Source: Phaeosaccion multiseriatum | Taxonomy: Eukaryota; Protista; Ochrophyta, other classes | DNA: 64,000 bases | Assembly: GCA_965112735.1 (NCBI GenBank) | Contig: OZ218956.1 | Location: 2,046,001 to 2,110,000 of the forward strand | Reading direction: 5' to 3' | Made by a program: the position numbers and the translations under genes | Shown: piece after piece, positions 46,201 to 60,417 of the stretch | Layout: each line of letters starts with the position of its first letter | Position numbering within the stretch: the first letter of the stretch is position 1 | Notes under the pieces: model-generated | Told to the model about the DNA's origin: nothing | Database searches by the model: none | What the model saw: only the letters and a program-made list of their open reading frames with translations

Positions 46201-48331
46201 GTCGCAACCCCGACTCTGGCGACAGTTACTCAACGCCCCTTATGGCAGGAGTGGTGCACGCCAACGCCAATGACGCACAGCTGTTGCACATCTCCTGGCT
46301 CTTACAGATGGCAGCGCCGGGTGCGAAGCTGCTGCCGCATCAGCACTTTGTCAGGTGGGTGGGCTTCGTATCGTGATGGAGGAGAATGGAGAGAGAGTAG
46401 GGAGCGATACAGAGGAGATGAGAGACAGAGAGAGCGAAGACAGAGAATACACACACACAGAGACAGAGAGTAAGGTACAGGACAAGAAGAGGGCAGTTTT
46501 GAATTGCAGACAAAGCAAGGGAGCTCTACCTTAGGATTGACGGTCAACTCTCATCTCTTGTTCGTCCCCTGGGCTGAGCTCTTCTATACCCTTCCCTTCC
46601 TCCCCACTTCCTTCCCTCCTGTCCTTCCCCTCCCTCCTCTCCCCTTCCCTTCCCTTCCTCTCCATTTCCTTCCCTCCTGTCCTTCCCCTCCCTCCCCTCC
46701 CCTTTCCTTCTCTTCGCCTCCACGGAACAGACTGACTCACTTGGACACAGGCCTGGACACTTTCTTCGTGGCAAAGCCCAAGGCAGGCCAGGCAGGAGCC
46801 TTTGTTGTGAGCATCCCTCTACTGGACGAGGTGAGTAGGCAGTGGCAAAGTCAACCGAGAAGAGACCAATGTTGCTATGTGCCCGACTAGAGAATGCCCC
46901 CCCCACCCCCCCACCCACCCACCCACCCGTCTGTCCTGACACTCCCCCCTGACTGTCCCGTCACCCTCCTCTCTCTCCATCCTGCCATCCATTGCCATCT
47001 TCACCCGTCTGTCCTGATACCCCTCCCTCCTCTCCATTTTCTCTTAGGTGATTTCTATTAAGTCAATAAATACCCCTTCCTCCATCTGTCCTGACACCCC
47101 CACCCCCTCCTCCAGGCCTCAACGTTCCTGTCTCGCTCTGGCGAATACAGCATCACCATCTTGGCGGGTGACGCGTCGCTCTCCAACGGCGCCGCAGAGC
47201 TCTCTGCGGGAGAGGTGAGGATGATAACGGATGGCAGAGGATGGCAGTGGATGGCAGAGGGTGGGGTGGCATTGGAGCCAACCAGAAGGCACAATGTTTC
47301 GAATGTGTTATTGGAAATTAAACTCTCCTTTCCTTTCCCACCCTACCCTGCCCTGCCCTGCCCGCACACCTCCTCCACCATGCCCCATATACCTCTACCC
47401 TGCCCCACACCCCTCCACCCTGCCCTGCCCAACTACTACCCTACCCACACATCCCCCCCCCCCCCCCTGCCTGTGTACAACAACACCTCCACAACAACAA
47501 CCTACTTAACACAGATCACCCTAAAGTTCCCCGACGTGGAGGAGGCAAGCTTCGCCCTGTACGAGAGGCCCCTCTTGCACGACTCTGACGTTGCCCTCCT
47601 CGCCCTCCCGGAGAAGCATCACACCTTCCGCCAGGCCGACTCGAGGCCCCCCACCGCCGTGTCAAGGTTATTTACCATCGTCATGCTCGTTCCGCTCGCC
47701 GTGTTCGTGTGGACGGTCAAGTCACTGAAGGTTTGTGTTGAGGGAGGGAGGGAGCGAGGGAGGGAGGGTTGGAGGCCAGGGGGGTGCTTTAAACCTTGTT
47801 ACCGCGTTCCGTTGCGCACGCGGCACTGACTGCACTGCAGGCTGCTGAGCTCTCTCTCTCAAGACAGGCAGAAAGCGACGCACTTCCTCTGGCTCGACTC
47901 CTTCAGTCCTCGGTCTGAGTAGCTTTTTATTGGCCAAAGTATCATGACTCTTACTTCCTTCGCTCCTTTTCTCTCCCCTCCCTCCCTCCTACCCTTCTGC
48001 GCTGTACCGCGTTGCGTTTCGCCGTGTGGCGCCTCTCTCGCCTATCCCGAACGCCCTGTCCACACAAACACAAACACAAACACAAAACACACAGGCCAAT
48101 GTAGACGGCCTACCCGAGGCAGGATCACTGGCCCGAAGCATGTGCTGGGCCTTCCAGGGGCTACTGGGGGCCTTCCTGCTGCTCTTTGTGTGGTACTGGG
48201 TGAATCTGACCATGATCACCACACTCACCTACGCAGTGCCTCTGTCCGTCTTGACGGTGATGGTGGGGAGACAAGCGCTCATTGGGCTTGTGGAGTCCCG
48301 AGAGGGGGCGACAGCCGACACCAAGTACTAA
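43277..48331 (+). CDS. RPN2: Ribophorin II (oligosaccharyltransferase subunit RPN2/Swp1), multi-exon
   Basis: N-terminal hydrophobic signal; PHQHFVRLTH, SGEYSITILAGDA and LPEKHHTFRQADSRPP, then three TM segments ending FVWYWVNLTMITTL...VGRQAL. Confidence 0.88.
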
Positions 48332-48504
48332 TGACCCTGGGGGGAGATGAAAAGTAATATTATTATCACTCAGCACACCTCACTCAGCACCGCTCCAGAT
48401 GTTTTTATTTCTCTTCAAAAAAAGAAAATTAAAACTAAAGGGATACAGTAATGAGGGAAGGAGAAACTGTAGTGGATCCCAGTTTGTGGAGCTCTCGTCG
48501 TCTC

Positions 48505-51500
48505 TCATAATAGAGACTCCTTCTTCTTGGCCTTCTTCTCTTTCTTGTCCTTCTTCCTCTCCGTACGCTCTTCCTTCCTCTCCTTCTTCTTTCTTCTCCT
48601 CTCTTCCTCCTTGCCCTCTCTGTCTAGCTCCTCCCCCCCCTCCTCCTTCCCCTCCTCTCCCACAACCTTCTTTTCTCGCCCTTTACCCCTGCTACGGACC
48701 CGCCGCCGCTTCGTCCCTCCTCCAGCCCGCACCCCTTCCCCTTCTCCTCCCCCTCCCTCCCCACCACTCCCCCCACTCGCTCCCTTGCCCCGCCGCTCGG
48801 CGCCCCCCCCCTCCTTCTTCCGCTTCCGCCCCTTTCCCTCCCCTACACTAAAAATGTCCTTCAAAAGGTCGTCCCGGTTCTCCCTGGCCGTCAGTGCCGA
48901 GGTCCACTCCTTCGGATCTCTCCGGAACCGTTCCACCATACACTCCCGCATCACGGACCGTCCCGAGGGCACCGCTGCCATCCTCGCCACCGCCCCGTCC
49001 GAAGCCCCCAGCTCCTCCACTATGCCCCGCTTGGCCGTTACGTCCGCCCCGCACGAGCGGTAGCACTTGAGCACGCAGTGCCATCCCACTCTGTCGCAGG
49101 CGAGGTTGACGTAGTGGCCCTTGAGTCTCCTCACAATGGCCTTCACGCCCACGGAGCCAAGCATGGCCACATTCTTGTTCGAGTTCGATTTTGTTGTCGT
49201 TGTTGTTGTTGTTGCGCTGTCGAGAATGGGGTCGAGCAGGCAGCGACTCGCCATGTTGTCTCTGGCCACCCCTGCCAACATTGCTTCGGGCAGGGCCGCC
49301 ACCGCCTTGACGATTGGGGCCGACACTTTGCCCTCAAACTGCAGGAGGTGCCGCACAATCTGCGCCCCCGGCACGTTGACGGTGAGTCGCGTCACCCCTC
49401 CCTCCCCCGGAAGGCGGATGTTGATCAGCCCTTCTACCCAGCGCCGGGCATCTGCGTACTCGTCTCGGTCCTTTGTGTCATCGGGCGCTGCTCCTCCTCC
49501 TCCTCCTCCTCCTCCTCCTCCTCCTCCTCCTCCTCCTCCTCCTCCTCCTCCTCCTCCTCCTCCTCTTCCTTCCATGCTGGCGAGCTGTGCTCGTCCAATG
49601 GCCTTGACGGTCTCTGCTTGCCCCCCTTCTTCACTGATCCCGAGGCGTAGACAGGCTTGTGCGGCCCTCCACAACACCCCGAGTCGATTACCCGTGACGA
49701 GCGGCCCAGCAATGCTCTGGACTTCTCGTAGTAGAGAGAGCGCCACCGTCTTGTCCCCCACTCTGTTCAGCATGGCCTGTGGACGGAGGCAGTGGACAAG
49801 GGTGGGACGAGGTAGACAGAGGCATAGACAGATGAGGGGGAAGAGAGAGGGAGGAGGGAGGGAGGGAGGGAGGGGGGGGGGAGGAGGGAGGTAGAAGAGG
49901 GAGATGGAGGAGAGAGGAAGAGAGATGGAGGCGAGCGAAGAGGAGAGAGAGAGAGGCGTCCAACAAAGACAGAGAGGGAGGGAGGTGGCAGTGGAGGGCG
50001 TGGTTGCAAGCTACGTGGTATGTGGATGATGATGGTGTCAGGACGTTGTCAGCTCTCTCCCTTTGGTATTATTCACACAAATACACACACAGACTAAAAA
50101 CAGTCAGACAGACAGACAGACAGACAGATAGACAGACATACACACACACACACACACGTACCTGCACGAGGAAGTTGCTGACAGGGTGCTGGCAATACTC
50201 AAGCAGCTTTCCCTCGAAGCAGCGTGAGTAGAGAGCGGAGAAGAAGGCCTCTGGACACAGCCAAATGACCGCCTCCATAAAGTGACTGGCAGTCGACTCT
50301 CCAGACATGCGGTATACCACATCCGCACTCTTGGCGGGGTCAGCCCATCCCAGCACCTTCTCCACGAGCTCGAGGCCGCTACTCTCCCGCGGAAGGTTCG
50401 GGGTCGGGGCCCTTCTCTCTACCCCCCCTGGCTGCAATTTGAGGTTGAGATTGGCCTCCAGCTGCAGCAAGAGGATCAAGAGCGGGCCGGCGAAGGAGTG
50501 GCAACAGGCTTGTTGGAGGTCTGTAACCTCGAGCTCCACGAGAGACTTGCCCACCGCCTTTAGCGCTGGCAAGAAGGTCGGAGGCACAGGGTGGCGTTCC
50601 GCACTCTCGCACAGCCACCGATCGAGGGGGTCGGCATCCATACCTCCCTGCGGCTTGCCTCCTCCTCCTAATAATGCCCCCCCACCCCCTCCGCCCCTGC
50701 CTCCCTCTCCAGCAGCAAAGGCCGCCCCCCTGACGGCCTCTTGCCGGGCCTTGATCGGGTTGGCGTGCTTGGCGTGCTTGCCTCGCGTCTGACGATCCGC
50801 CAGCTTGGGCATGCCCCCCAGTGCGCACAGAAACGCCCTCGCAGTGTGAGTCCCGCTCACGTCTGCGGCCAAATCTGCCCAGGAGCCCCGCAGCTCGTCG
50901 GTAAGCTGGACGAGAATGTGGCGCAGGAGCGGGAGGGGGGCTGCTGGCGCTGAGGAAGCCTCTCCTCCTCCTGCTGCTGCTGCGCCTGCCCCTTCGTCGT
51001 CACTACTGTCGTCTGAGCCCGACGACGACGACGACGACGAAGCCGAATCGTCTTGCCCTGCCTTGTTCTCGAGTGCTGCCTGCTGCTCCCCCTCGCCTTC
51101 GCCGTCCTTGAACGGGTGATCCAGAGCCTCGCGCTCCACTAATGCAGGTACGGCACCTAAAAGGGTCTGCAGCACGTGGCTGGAGAATCGATTGGTGGCG
51201 AGAGACAGCAGGTACGACCGGCATCTGCTGAGCAAGACTCGCATCTGCACGCAGCTGAGCCCGCTCGTGGCCATCTTCTCAAGGACGACACTACCCCTCT
51301 TGTCCTGCATCACCGAAGCTGTCTCGTGCTGAATCTCCTCGAGCACGTTGTCAATGAGGGAGCTCAAGCCGAGTTCGTCCTCCTCCTCCTCCTCCTCCCC
51401 TCCTCCCTCGTCTCCACCCCCACTTGCAGAAGCACCTCGGTACGACTTGCGCAACTGCATCTTCCTCTGCTCCTGTATGTGCTCGTCAAGGTCCATGCCG

Positions 51501-51559
51501 ACCTTGTCCAAGTAGGCTATGGTGGACTTGTCCGGCCGTCGGGGATGGTTGAAGTCCAT
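48505..51559 (-). CDS. NOP9: Nucleolar protein 9 (PUF/Pumilio-repeat protein), 2 exons
   Basis: PUF-type motifs GSVVLEKM, NRFSSHVLQTLL, SGTHTAR, ASHFMEAV, HPVSNFLVQ, LACDRVGWHCV; Lys/Glu-rich tail; intron 49777-50161. Confidence 0.88.
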
Positions 51560-52319
51560 GGTGTGGCGCCTCTCCCCCTCCCTTCTTTTTTTCCGTCCTA
51601 CTCTCTCTGTATCTGCCTCTTCTTCTGCACTGTCTTCACGCACTCACTGATCAGATACTCCAGAGCGTAGGGTAGGACGTTGATGGCTCCTACCAGCCCA
51701 GGACTTTATGGAGATGGCCATGGCCGCGCAGCCCCCCAAAATCGATTCCTTGACTTAGGAAGTCGATTCCTAAACAAAAATCGATCGATGTCCGATGTCC
51801 TGAGGGCCAGACAGTGTGAAAAAAAAAAGTTACCACAAAACAACAAAAAGTAAGTACAGAGATGCGGCATGAGCCGTATAGAGAGCGTTACGAGGGAAAT
51901 CCAGTGCCTCGGTGGTATTGCGAAGGCCATGGACGGTCAGCAAGATAAATATGTGTTGAAGCCTCCACGCATGCACCTGGTTCCTTGGTCGGTCGTTCTG
52001 TCCTCAGTTGCTGTCTCACTTACGGGTATCCCTCTTGAACCCACGCTGGGGGAACTTTCTTACATATCTGTGGAATTGCCTCGAGTTGTTCTGTCGTTCC
52101 GAGGAGTGGGAGGCAGCACTTTTCCCGCTTGTGTAAGTCTCCTCTTACGGGCCCTCCTCCTGCCCAACTGCCTTTCAACGAGTCCAGCAGGTCTCAAACT
52201 TAACCTCCACCCCCCCCACTCTCTGTATCTGTCCCTTGTATCTGTCCTCTCTTGCCCTTGCCTCCCCGCTTCAACCAATGCTCGCCTGCTGCCGACTCAT
52301 TGGACTCTCTCAGCTTGCA

Positions 52320-54458
52320 ATGAAGACGACGACTTCCATGACTGCGGTCCTCGCCATTCTTGGGTCGGCAACGGCCTTCAACATGGCCCCCGTCGCTTCT
52401 TCCCTGCGCGCGGTAAGGAAGGGGCGAATGTATCATGAATAGGGGGCGCTCTCGGTCCCTCATGATGGGGAGGGGAGGGAAGCTCCCGCTGCCTGTCCAG
52501 CTCTGAACGGAGAACGTAGATACATGGAAACAGTGTTCTTGCCACTATCACTGTGCCATTGACGCTGTGTAGTACCGTGTCACATCCATCGCGGAGTGGT
52601 GCGGGGGGAGGGGAAGGAGGGAGGGGAGTTGTCAGAGATAGCCATCTCTCCTATGAAGAGCGCTCTCACCCTTGCCCGGCCACTCTAACAACTCCTTCTC
52701 TCCCTCCTTCCTTCCCTTCACACCTTCTGTGCTCTGTGTTGTTGCTCCCTCCTTCCCTCCCTCCACACATTCCGTGCTCTGTGTTGTTGCCCCTCTCTCC
52801 TATGCTCTGTGTTGTTGCCCCTCCTCCTCCTTCTCTCCCTCCTTCCCTCCCTCCACACCTTCTGTGCTCTATGTTGTTGCTCCTCCTCCTCCTTCTTCTC
52901 CTGCCTCTCCCTCCCCCCCCCTCCTCCTCCTCCTCCTCCTCCTCCTCCTCCTTCTCCTCCTCCCTCGCCCCCCACCCCTCCTCCTTCTCCTCCTCCTCCC
53001 CCCCACCCCACTCCACACCCTCACCCTCAAAGGCCGCCTCCTCCTCCGCCCTCCAGCGCAGCAGCCGAGCCAGCACCACCGCCCCCCGCGGCCTGCGCAC
53101 CCTCGTAGCCATGGCCGACTACAAGCGCACGCAGAAGGGAGAGGACAAGACCGAGGAGTACCGCGTCTTCTACAGCGACGCGGACGGCAAGGACATCTCG
53201 CCCTGGCACGACATCCCGCTGTCCGCAGACGGGGGCAAGACGTACAATTATGTATGCGAGATCCCCAAGTACGGCACTGCCAAGATGGAGATTGCCACCA
53301 AGGAGCCTCTCAACCCCATCGCGCAGGACATTAAGAAGGGCGCGCTCAGGTACACGATGAAGCAACACCGTCCGTGATCAACACCGTGATTAATTGTTTT
53401 GCGTTTTGTGTTTTGCGCATTGTACGTTTGTGTGGCGGGTTTTTGTAAGCGTGTTCGTGCGAGGTGCGAGTGCGTGTGTGTGCGTGATGATGAGTGATGA
53501 TTTATGTAACTACTACTTAAACCCCTTATCCAAACCTCTCCCATCCTTACCCTCCTTCCCTCCCTCCCTTCCTTCATTCCTTCCTTCCTTTCTTCCTTTC
53601 TTCCTTACAGGTACTACCACGGCCCCATCTTCTGGAACTACGGTTACATTCCCCAGACGTGGGAAGATCCTTCCGTCAAGCACCCGGAGCTCGGGGTGAT
53701 GGGCGATGGAGATCCCGTTGACGTTGTGGAGATTGGTAGCACCAAGCTAGGAGAGGGCGACTGCTCCAAGATCAAGCCTCTGGGCTGCCTCGCCATGATT
53801 GACGATGGAGAGTTGGACTGGAAGGTGATTGCCATTTGTGAATCGGACCCCATGGCCAAGGAGCTTAACGACATTGCGGATGTGGAGGAGAAGATGCCGG
53901 GCACGGTGTCGGGCATTCGCGAGTGGTTCAGGTAAGAAGGAGGGGTGGGGTGGGATATGAGTTTGGTAGTCAGGAAGTAGAGTACCTTGACATCACCGTG
54001 TTTCTTTCTCTCTCTCTCTCTCTCTCTCTTCCTCTGCTCTCTCCCTCTCTCTCTCCGTCTCTCCCCCCCCCCCCCCCTCTCTTCCTCTTCTCTCTCCCTC
54101 TCTCTCCTCTCTCTCTCTCTCTATCTCTCCCTATATATCTTTCTCTCCCTCTCCCTCTCCCTCTCTATCTAGTACTGACGCCGCCGCTATCGATATCGGG
54201 TCTTCTCTCTGATCATGATGCGATATCGTCCTGATGCCTCGTTCAGATGTGGTAAAAAACCCAAAACTCAAACTGCAACTTGTCCTATTCTCCAGGTGGT
54301 ACAAGACGCCCGACGACAAGCCCCTCAACGAGTTCGGCTTCGACGAGAAGGCTCTCGACCAGAAGGAGACCGTGGCCGTCATCAAGGAGTGCAATGAGCA
54401 CTGGGAGAACCTCATGTCGGGCAAGACAGAGAAGGGCAAGATGTGGACCGGCAAATAG
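52320..54458 (+). CDS. PPA: Soluble inorganic pyrophosphatase (family I), plastid-targeted, 4 exons
   Basis: SPWHDIPL, EIPK..TAKME, WNYGYIPQTWEDP, GDGDPVDVVEIG, MIDDGELDWK, WFRWYK; leader MKTTTSMTAVLAILGSATA-F (ASAFAP-like) followed by a Ser/Arg-rich transit peptide; exons about 52320-52412, 53033-53349, 53611-53931, 54296-54458. Confidence 0.95.
52690..52890. repeat. Imperfect intronic minisatellite (about 4 copies, core TGTGCTCTGTGTTGTTGC)
   Basis: Core recurs at about 52728, 52773, 52803 and 52863. Confidence 0.75.
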
Positions 54459-54957
54459 ACAGCGGGGGGGCGGCAGAGAACAAGGCGAGACAATAGGATG
54501 GATGACGATAGTTAGGAGGACGGTGTGTCGTAGATAGAAAGATTATATATATATAATGGCACCAGAGCTGCTGCTCTTTGCCTCAAGCCGGTGGGCACGT
54601 CTGTCTCTCTGCCCATACGCTGCCGCCTGCCCATCCATCTAGCCGCTACGGTGTAGGTGCTACTTTTACTTTTCTCCCTGCCGCCGCTGCTGCTCACTTC
54701 ATGTACAGACACAAGCGGGGGGGCAGGGGTCTGTCAATGACATAATCTCTCTTACTCTTAGTCAATGTGTGTCCCACCCCCACCCTCCCTCCTCCTCATC
54801 CTCACCCCCGGCTGCCATCAGCTGCCATCAGAACTCAAGGCTCGGCTTGTCTCTCCTCTCCTCGTCATCTCATCCCATCTCGTCTCGGAGACCTGCCTAC
54901 CTGCCATCCATGGCACACCTTCCCCTCCCCCTCCCTTTGTCTCAGAGTGTCAGAGCA

Positions 54958-55431
54958 TCACCCCATGCGCCGACCCGAGTAGGGATTGACTCCCTCATAG
55001 AGAAGCCGTTCAATCTCCGCCACCATCGCCCGCTCGGAGTCGATCTCTACCGTTGCTGCTGCACTCATTCCCCCCCCACCGTCCGCTACCCCCCATTCTC
55101 CGCCTCCATCCCGCTCCCCGCCCGCCGCCGCCGTCGCCGCCTCCGCCTCATCGGTTAGTCTCTGCCTCTCCCAGGCATGGACAGTGTCGACATACAGCCT
55201 CCAGTAGTCCTTCAAACACTTGCTGGCGTCTCTCTGTCTGGCGTCGCTGCCAGGCAAGTTTAGCGTTCCCTCAATGTCCTCCAACATACCACACACAATG
55301 CCCGCATTTCTCCACACGTTTGGCATGACAAGGAAGGGTGAGGCCATCCCCTCCTTGTCCAAAAGCATCACCCGCACCGGACCCTTCCTTCCGCCGCCCC
55401 TTCCGATGTTGCTGCGACTCCTCCTGCGGCG

Positions 55432-55464
<33 letters not shown>

Positions 55465-58400
55465 GCTGCTGCTGCGGCGGCGGCGGCCGCGGTGGCTCAT
55501 GTTCTCGCTGCCGCTGCTGCTGCTGCCGCTTCCTCCCCACGCCTTCAATCTCTTCCTGTCCTCCTCCTCCGCCTCGGCCTTCTCCCGCGCCTCTAGCTCC
55601 TCCTCCTCCTTCGCCAGCTGTTGCTCCTGCTCTCTCACCAACTGCTCATGGAGGCGCCCCCCTACGCCGACGGTGAAGGTGCTGCCAGGAAAGGCTAGTA
55701 AGCGGCCATACAGCTTCTTTGCCAAGCGGTGGGCTCTACGGCGGAGAGTGGCAGACTCTAGCAGAGGGGCGTGCTGCGGGAGGGGGGAGGGAAGGATGGA
55801 TGGCAGTGGACGAGAGGGAGGGAGGGAGGGAGGGGGAGGGGGGGGGAAGGGAGGGAAGGAGGAAGGGAGGGAGTGAGGGAGGGAGGGGGAGGGGGGGGGA
55901 GAGGGAGAGGACGGAGGGAGGGCTGGAGAAGGAGGGAGAAGGAGGGAGGGGAGAGACGGAGGGAGGGCAAAGCAAACACTAAACTTCCGAGTCGAGGCGA
56001 ATCGCCACATACACTGCAACCCTCCCACGGTCATCCTGCCCTCCCCTCCCCCCCCTTTTCCCTCCTGCCATCCTGCCCTCCCACCACCCTCCTGCGCTCC
56101 CCTGCTCTCCCGCCCTCCTCCGAACCTCCTCCCTCCTCCGTCCTGTCCTCACATTCCAACCATACCTCTGCAATGAACTGGCTCACGCTCAGGTAGGCCC
56201 GCAGATACTTGAGTGCTACCACCCTCTCCCACGAGCCCTCCGTCCACCGCCCCGCCCCATCCACAAGCTGCCATCCCCTCCCCGGTGGGGGCGTGTTCGC
56301 CTCCACGAGGTCTAAATACACCGTCATTGCCTCGTGCGGGTCGGTGCGACGCATAAGGGCGGACAGATGAGGGGGCACTACCAGATCGACCAGTCCTATG
56401 GGCCAGCGCTCCACGCCAGAGCGGACGGCAGAGGCGTCCCCGGCCTTCCAGTCTCCAGCCACGAAGAGCAGAGGTAGGGGCATTGCATGAGACTGGGGCT
56501 GGCGGGGTGTTGCTGCTGCTGTTGCTGTTGTTGCTGTTGTTGCTGTTGTTGCCCTTGCTCCTGCTGCTGTTGTTGTTGTTGATGTGGTTGTTGCATGGCT
56601 GGTGGTGCTGGTGCTGGTGGTGTGGTCAGGGGCGTCAGGACTGCTGTTGGCGAGTTGGTGGTCCAGATTGTCCTGCAGGAAGGTGGCGATGGAGAAGCTG
56701 CCGGGCTCGTGTGGATGGTGCCTCTTGCCGGGGAAGAGGAGCTCAGGGAAGTGGTGAAGCTGCATGTCTTTCCACCACGTCCTTCACACACAAGAGAGAG
56801 GAGGTGTACAGACCGGAGGGACGGAGGGAGGGAGGGAGGGTAGGTCAGAGCCACTGGGAGGGGAAGCGCGGAAAAGGGGTGACACTTTCCTTTGGCCTAT
56901 GACCTTGAAGTGTGGTGTGACGCAACACAGAGCATCCTTTCTCCCCTCATCGCTCCCTCCCTCCCTCCCTCGAAACAACAACTCTCTTCCCCTCTCTCTC
57001 CCTCCCCTCCCTCCCATCCCGTGAACTCACACACACGCGCGCACACACACACGCACGCACACACACACACACAGACACACACACACACACACGCACCATG
57101 TGATGAGCGGAAGTCGAATGAGCGAAACGTCCGGCCGAACCCCTCCACATCGCAGGCAATACTGCGCCGTGTTGCAATTCATATCGTCGTTCACCAGCAG
57201 CGTCGCCCCCTCCGGCAGTCCAGCCAACAAGTCCATGCCGTAGTGGTGGAACATGGTAGCCGTGCTGGAGTCGTAGAGCGCCGCCTGCTGACTGCTAAAT
57301 CTCCACCACTGAGTCGCTAGCGTCACGCCAACGAGGAGGGGCAGAAGGGCTGAGAAGATACGTCTGTCCCTGGGGAGGAGGAAGTAGGCAACTGAGCACG
57401 TCCCTGCGGCGATGACGGGGGATGCGATTACAAAGCTCTGCACCCACATGCGGGAGAGAATATGCAGGTGAAGCTGTAGTGGGTAGGGTGGGGGTCGGGG
57501 TGGGGGGGGGGGTTGGGGGGGAGAGTGGGAGTGGACGGTGGTGGGCGGTAGTGGGTGGTAAGAAGCGAAACAACAAACACACATTGAAGGGCCTGTTGCC
57601 ACTGCAGAAGAGTCCTGACACCTGACACATGACACCTGACACCTGACACCTGGTACCTGATACCTCACACCTGACACCTGGTACCTGATACCTGATACCT
57701 GATACCTGATACTTGACACCTGACACCTGACACCTGACATCTGGCAACTTTAGGGTCGGTGGGGTCCCGACAGGGCTCACTAGCACGAACGATACAGTTG
57801 TATGCCCAATCGTAATGTGATCTGAGACCCTACAGTCAAGACCCTATATCCTACACCATACACTCACATTACGTGATACCCTCTTCCCTACACTACACCC
57901 AACACTAATACCCTATGCCCTGCACCCTATACCCTATTCCTTATACCCCATACCCTATACCTTATACCCTATGCCATATACCCCATACCCTACTCTATAC
58001 CCTCCACCCTTTAGCCTATACCCTATACCCTATACCCTCCACCCTATAGCCTATACCCTATACCCTATACCCCACACCCTTAGTCCTATACCCTATACCC
58101 TATACCCCACACCCTTAGTCCTATACCCTATACCCTCCACCCTATAGCCTATACCCTATACCCTTTACCCCACACCCTTAGTCCTATACCCTATACCCTA
58201 TACCCTAGACCGTATACCCTATACCCCACACCCTTAGTCCTATACCCTATACCCTATACCCTACACCGTATACCCTATACCCCACACCCTTAGTCGTATA
58301 CCCTATATCCCATACCCTACGCCCAAGACCCTGCACCCTACACCCTACACCCCATGCCCTATACACTACACCCTACACTCTACACCCTATACCCCATACC

Positions 58401-60376
58401 ATATACCCCATACCCTATAACCTATACTCTATACACCCCATACCATATACCCTATACCCTACACCCTACACCCTACACTCTACACCCTCTACCCCACACC
58501 CTTCCTACACTACACTCACCGGGCTGAAGCTGAGGTTGGCCAAGGCATTAATCATGACCGAATAACAGACCAGGGTACTCGTCAACGTCACCCCCACCAC
58601 CGGAGCCCGAGTCCCCCTACCCAACCCCAGCACCCCAAGTCCCACAAGGAGGGGGAGAGGTCCCACCAGCGACTCCTCAGAGAAGCGCAAGGCGAGAAGG
58701 CGGATACGCTTCAGCATCTTGGAAATGCTCTGCTCCTCGCCCAGCTGGGGTTGTAATAAGTCAATGAGCGGGGAGAGAAGGGGTGGGAGGGAGGGATTGG
58801 AGGGAGGGGAAGGGAGGATGAGCTTTAATCGCCTTGCGCGAGAGTAGAACGGGCAAAAGTTCGCACAGCAGCCCCCTTAGGCTCGCTCTCCGCTCGTCTC
58901 TATTGGTGTCCCTTCACCCCTCACCACCCCTCACCCCCTCGCCTCTCACCCTTCATCCCCTCATCCCCTCACCCCGTTCATCCCCCCTCCCTCACTCCTC
59001 CCTCACCCCCCAGCCCCCACCCCATCCACTGCCATCCCCTCTCACCTCACTGGCCAGGGAAAAGGTGCCATACTCTACTCGGAAGAAGTGCGTGGCAAAG
59101 CCCGAGAGAGTGCGCTGATCTCCCCACGAGTCGAGCGGCTTTTGGAAGGCAGCCCACGGCAAATACAGATACGGAGAAAGGCCTGCCAGTGCTGCTAGAC
59201 TGAGGCCCAACAGGCACTTGGGTCTCCAGAGTGGGTGCCGCACCCCTCCGGGGGGGAATATGCCACCGAACCTTCTCCTGTTCCCGTTGCCGTCTCCGTC
59301 CCCGGGGGGGTCACGGCCGCCGCCACCGGAGAGCATGACTGGAATGGCACAGAAGACGACGACGACAACTGAGGTGTGTTGATTGCAGAGCGCGAGCCCG
59401 CTCACAAAGGCAATCAGGTAGGGGAGAGATGTGTACCATATGCGTAGACACAAGCGGTGCCTCCGTCCAGTGCCATCTGTGGCGGCAGCGGCGGCAAAGT
59501 CCTCCTCCCAGGGTGCACAGCTCACGTACAGATGTTTGACAAGGAGGCACAGCAGCAGAGCCACGAGCAAGTTGTTGAGCGCGAACACCTCTGACTGGGT
59601 GGACCACTCTAACCCGGACGGGGAGAGGGCGAACAGCCCTGCTGCAAGCACCCCACAGAAGAAGGCTGGCCAAAGCTGGTCCGGGGTTTCCACTCCGCCG
59701 TGACTTCGTAGCGTGATGATGCTAAGGTCTCGCCCCAAGATGGCCAGGCAGATAGCGGCCCCCACTCCAAGGCGCACCGTCAATCCGTTGACAGCGTTGG
59801 CCACTGCTGCCACTCTTTCGAAGGCCTCTTCCTCGCTATCTCCGCTGCCGCCCTGCCCCGTGGAGAAATCAAACTCGTCTCCTCCTCCTCCTCCTCCCCC
59901 TCCTCCTCCTCCTCTTCCACCTCCTCCTCCTCCTCCTCCTCCCCCTCCTGTTGTTCCTCCTCCTGCCTGCTCGGAGCCAACACCATGGTCGTAGTCGTAT
60001 GCGTGATCATCACCGCTGCTGGTGCTCCCGGGCCCTCCGGGGATTTCCCCAATAGTGAGCCAAACCCAGAAGCGTCCGAGGAGGGTGAACAGAGGATACC
60101 CCGGGGGGTGGCCTACCCCTCCTGTGCAGATGGTGCTCAGCAGCTCACCTAGGGGGTGGGTGGGTGGGTGGGTGGGTGAGTGAGTGGTGTCAGTGGGTGG
60201 GTGGGTGAGTGAGTGAGAAAGGGGGGTGAGTGAGTGGGTGATTGATGGAGTGAGTGGTTGGCCGAGGGAAGTGAGTGAGTGAGTGAGTGAGTGAGTGGAA
60301 GGTGGCGTGGGGGTGCAGGGAAAGCCGCCATAGTGGAGTACAAGCGTAGAAGCAGGGAGAGAAACTAAGAATGCTT

Positions 60377-60417
<41 letters not shown>

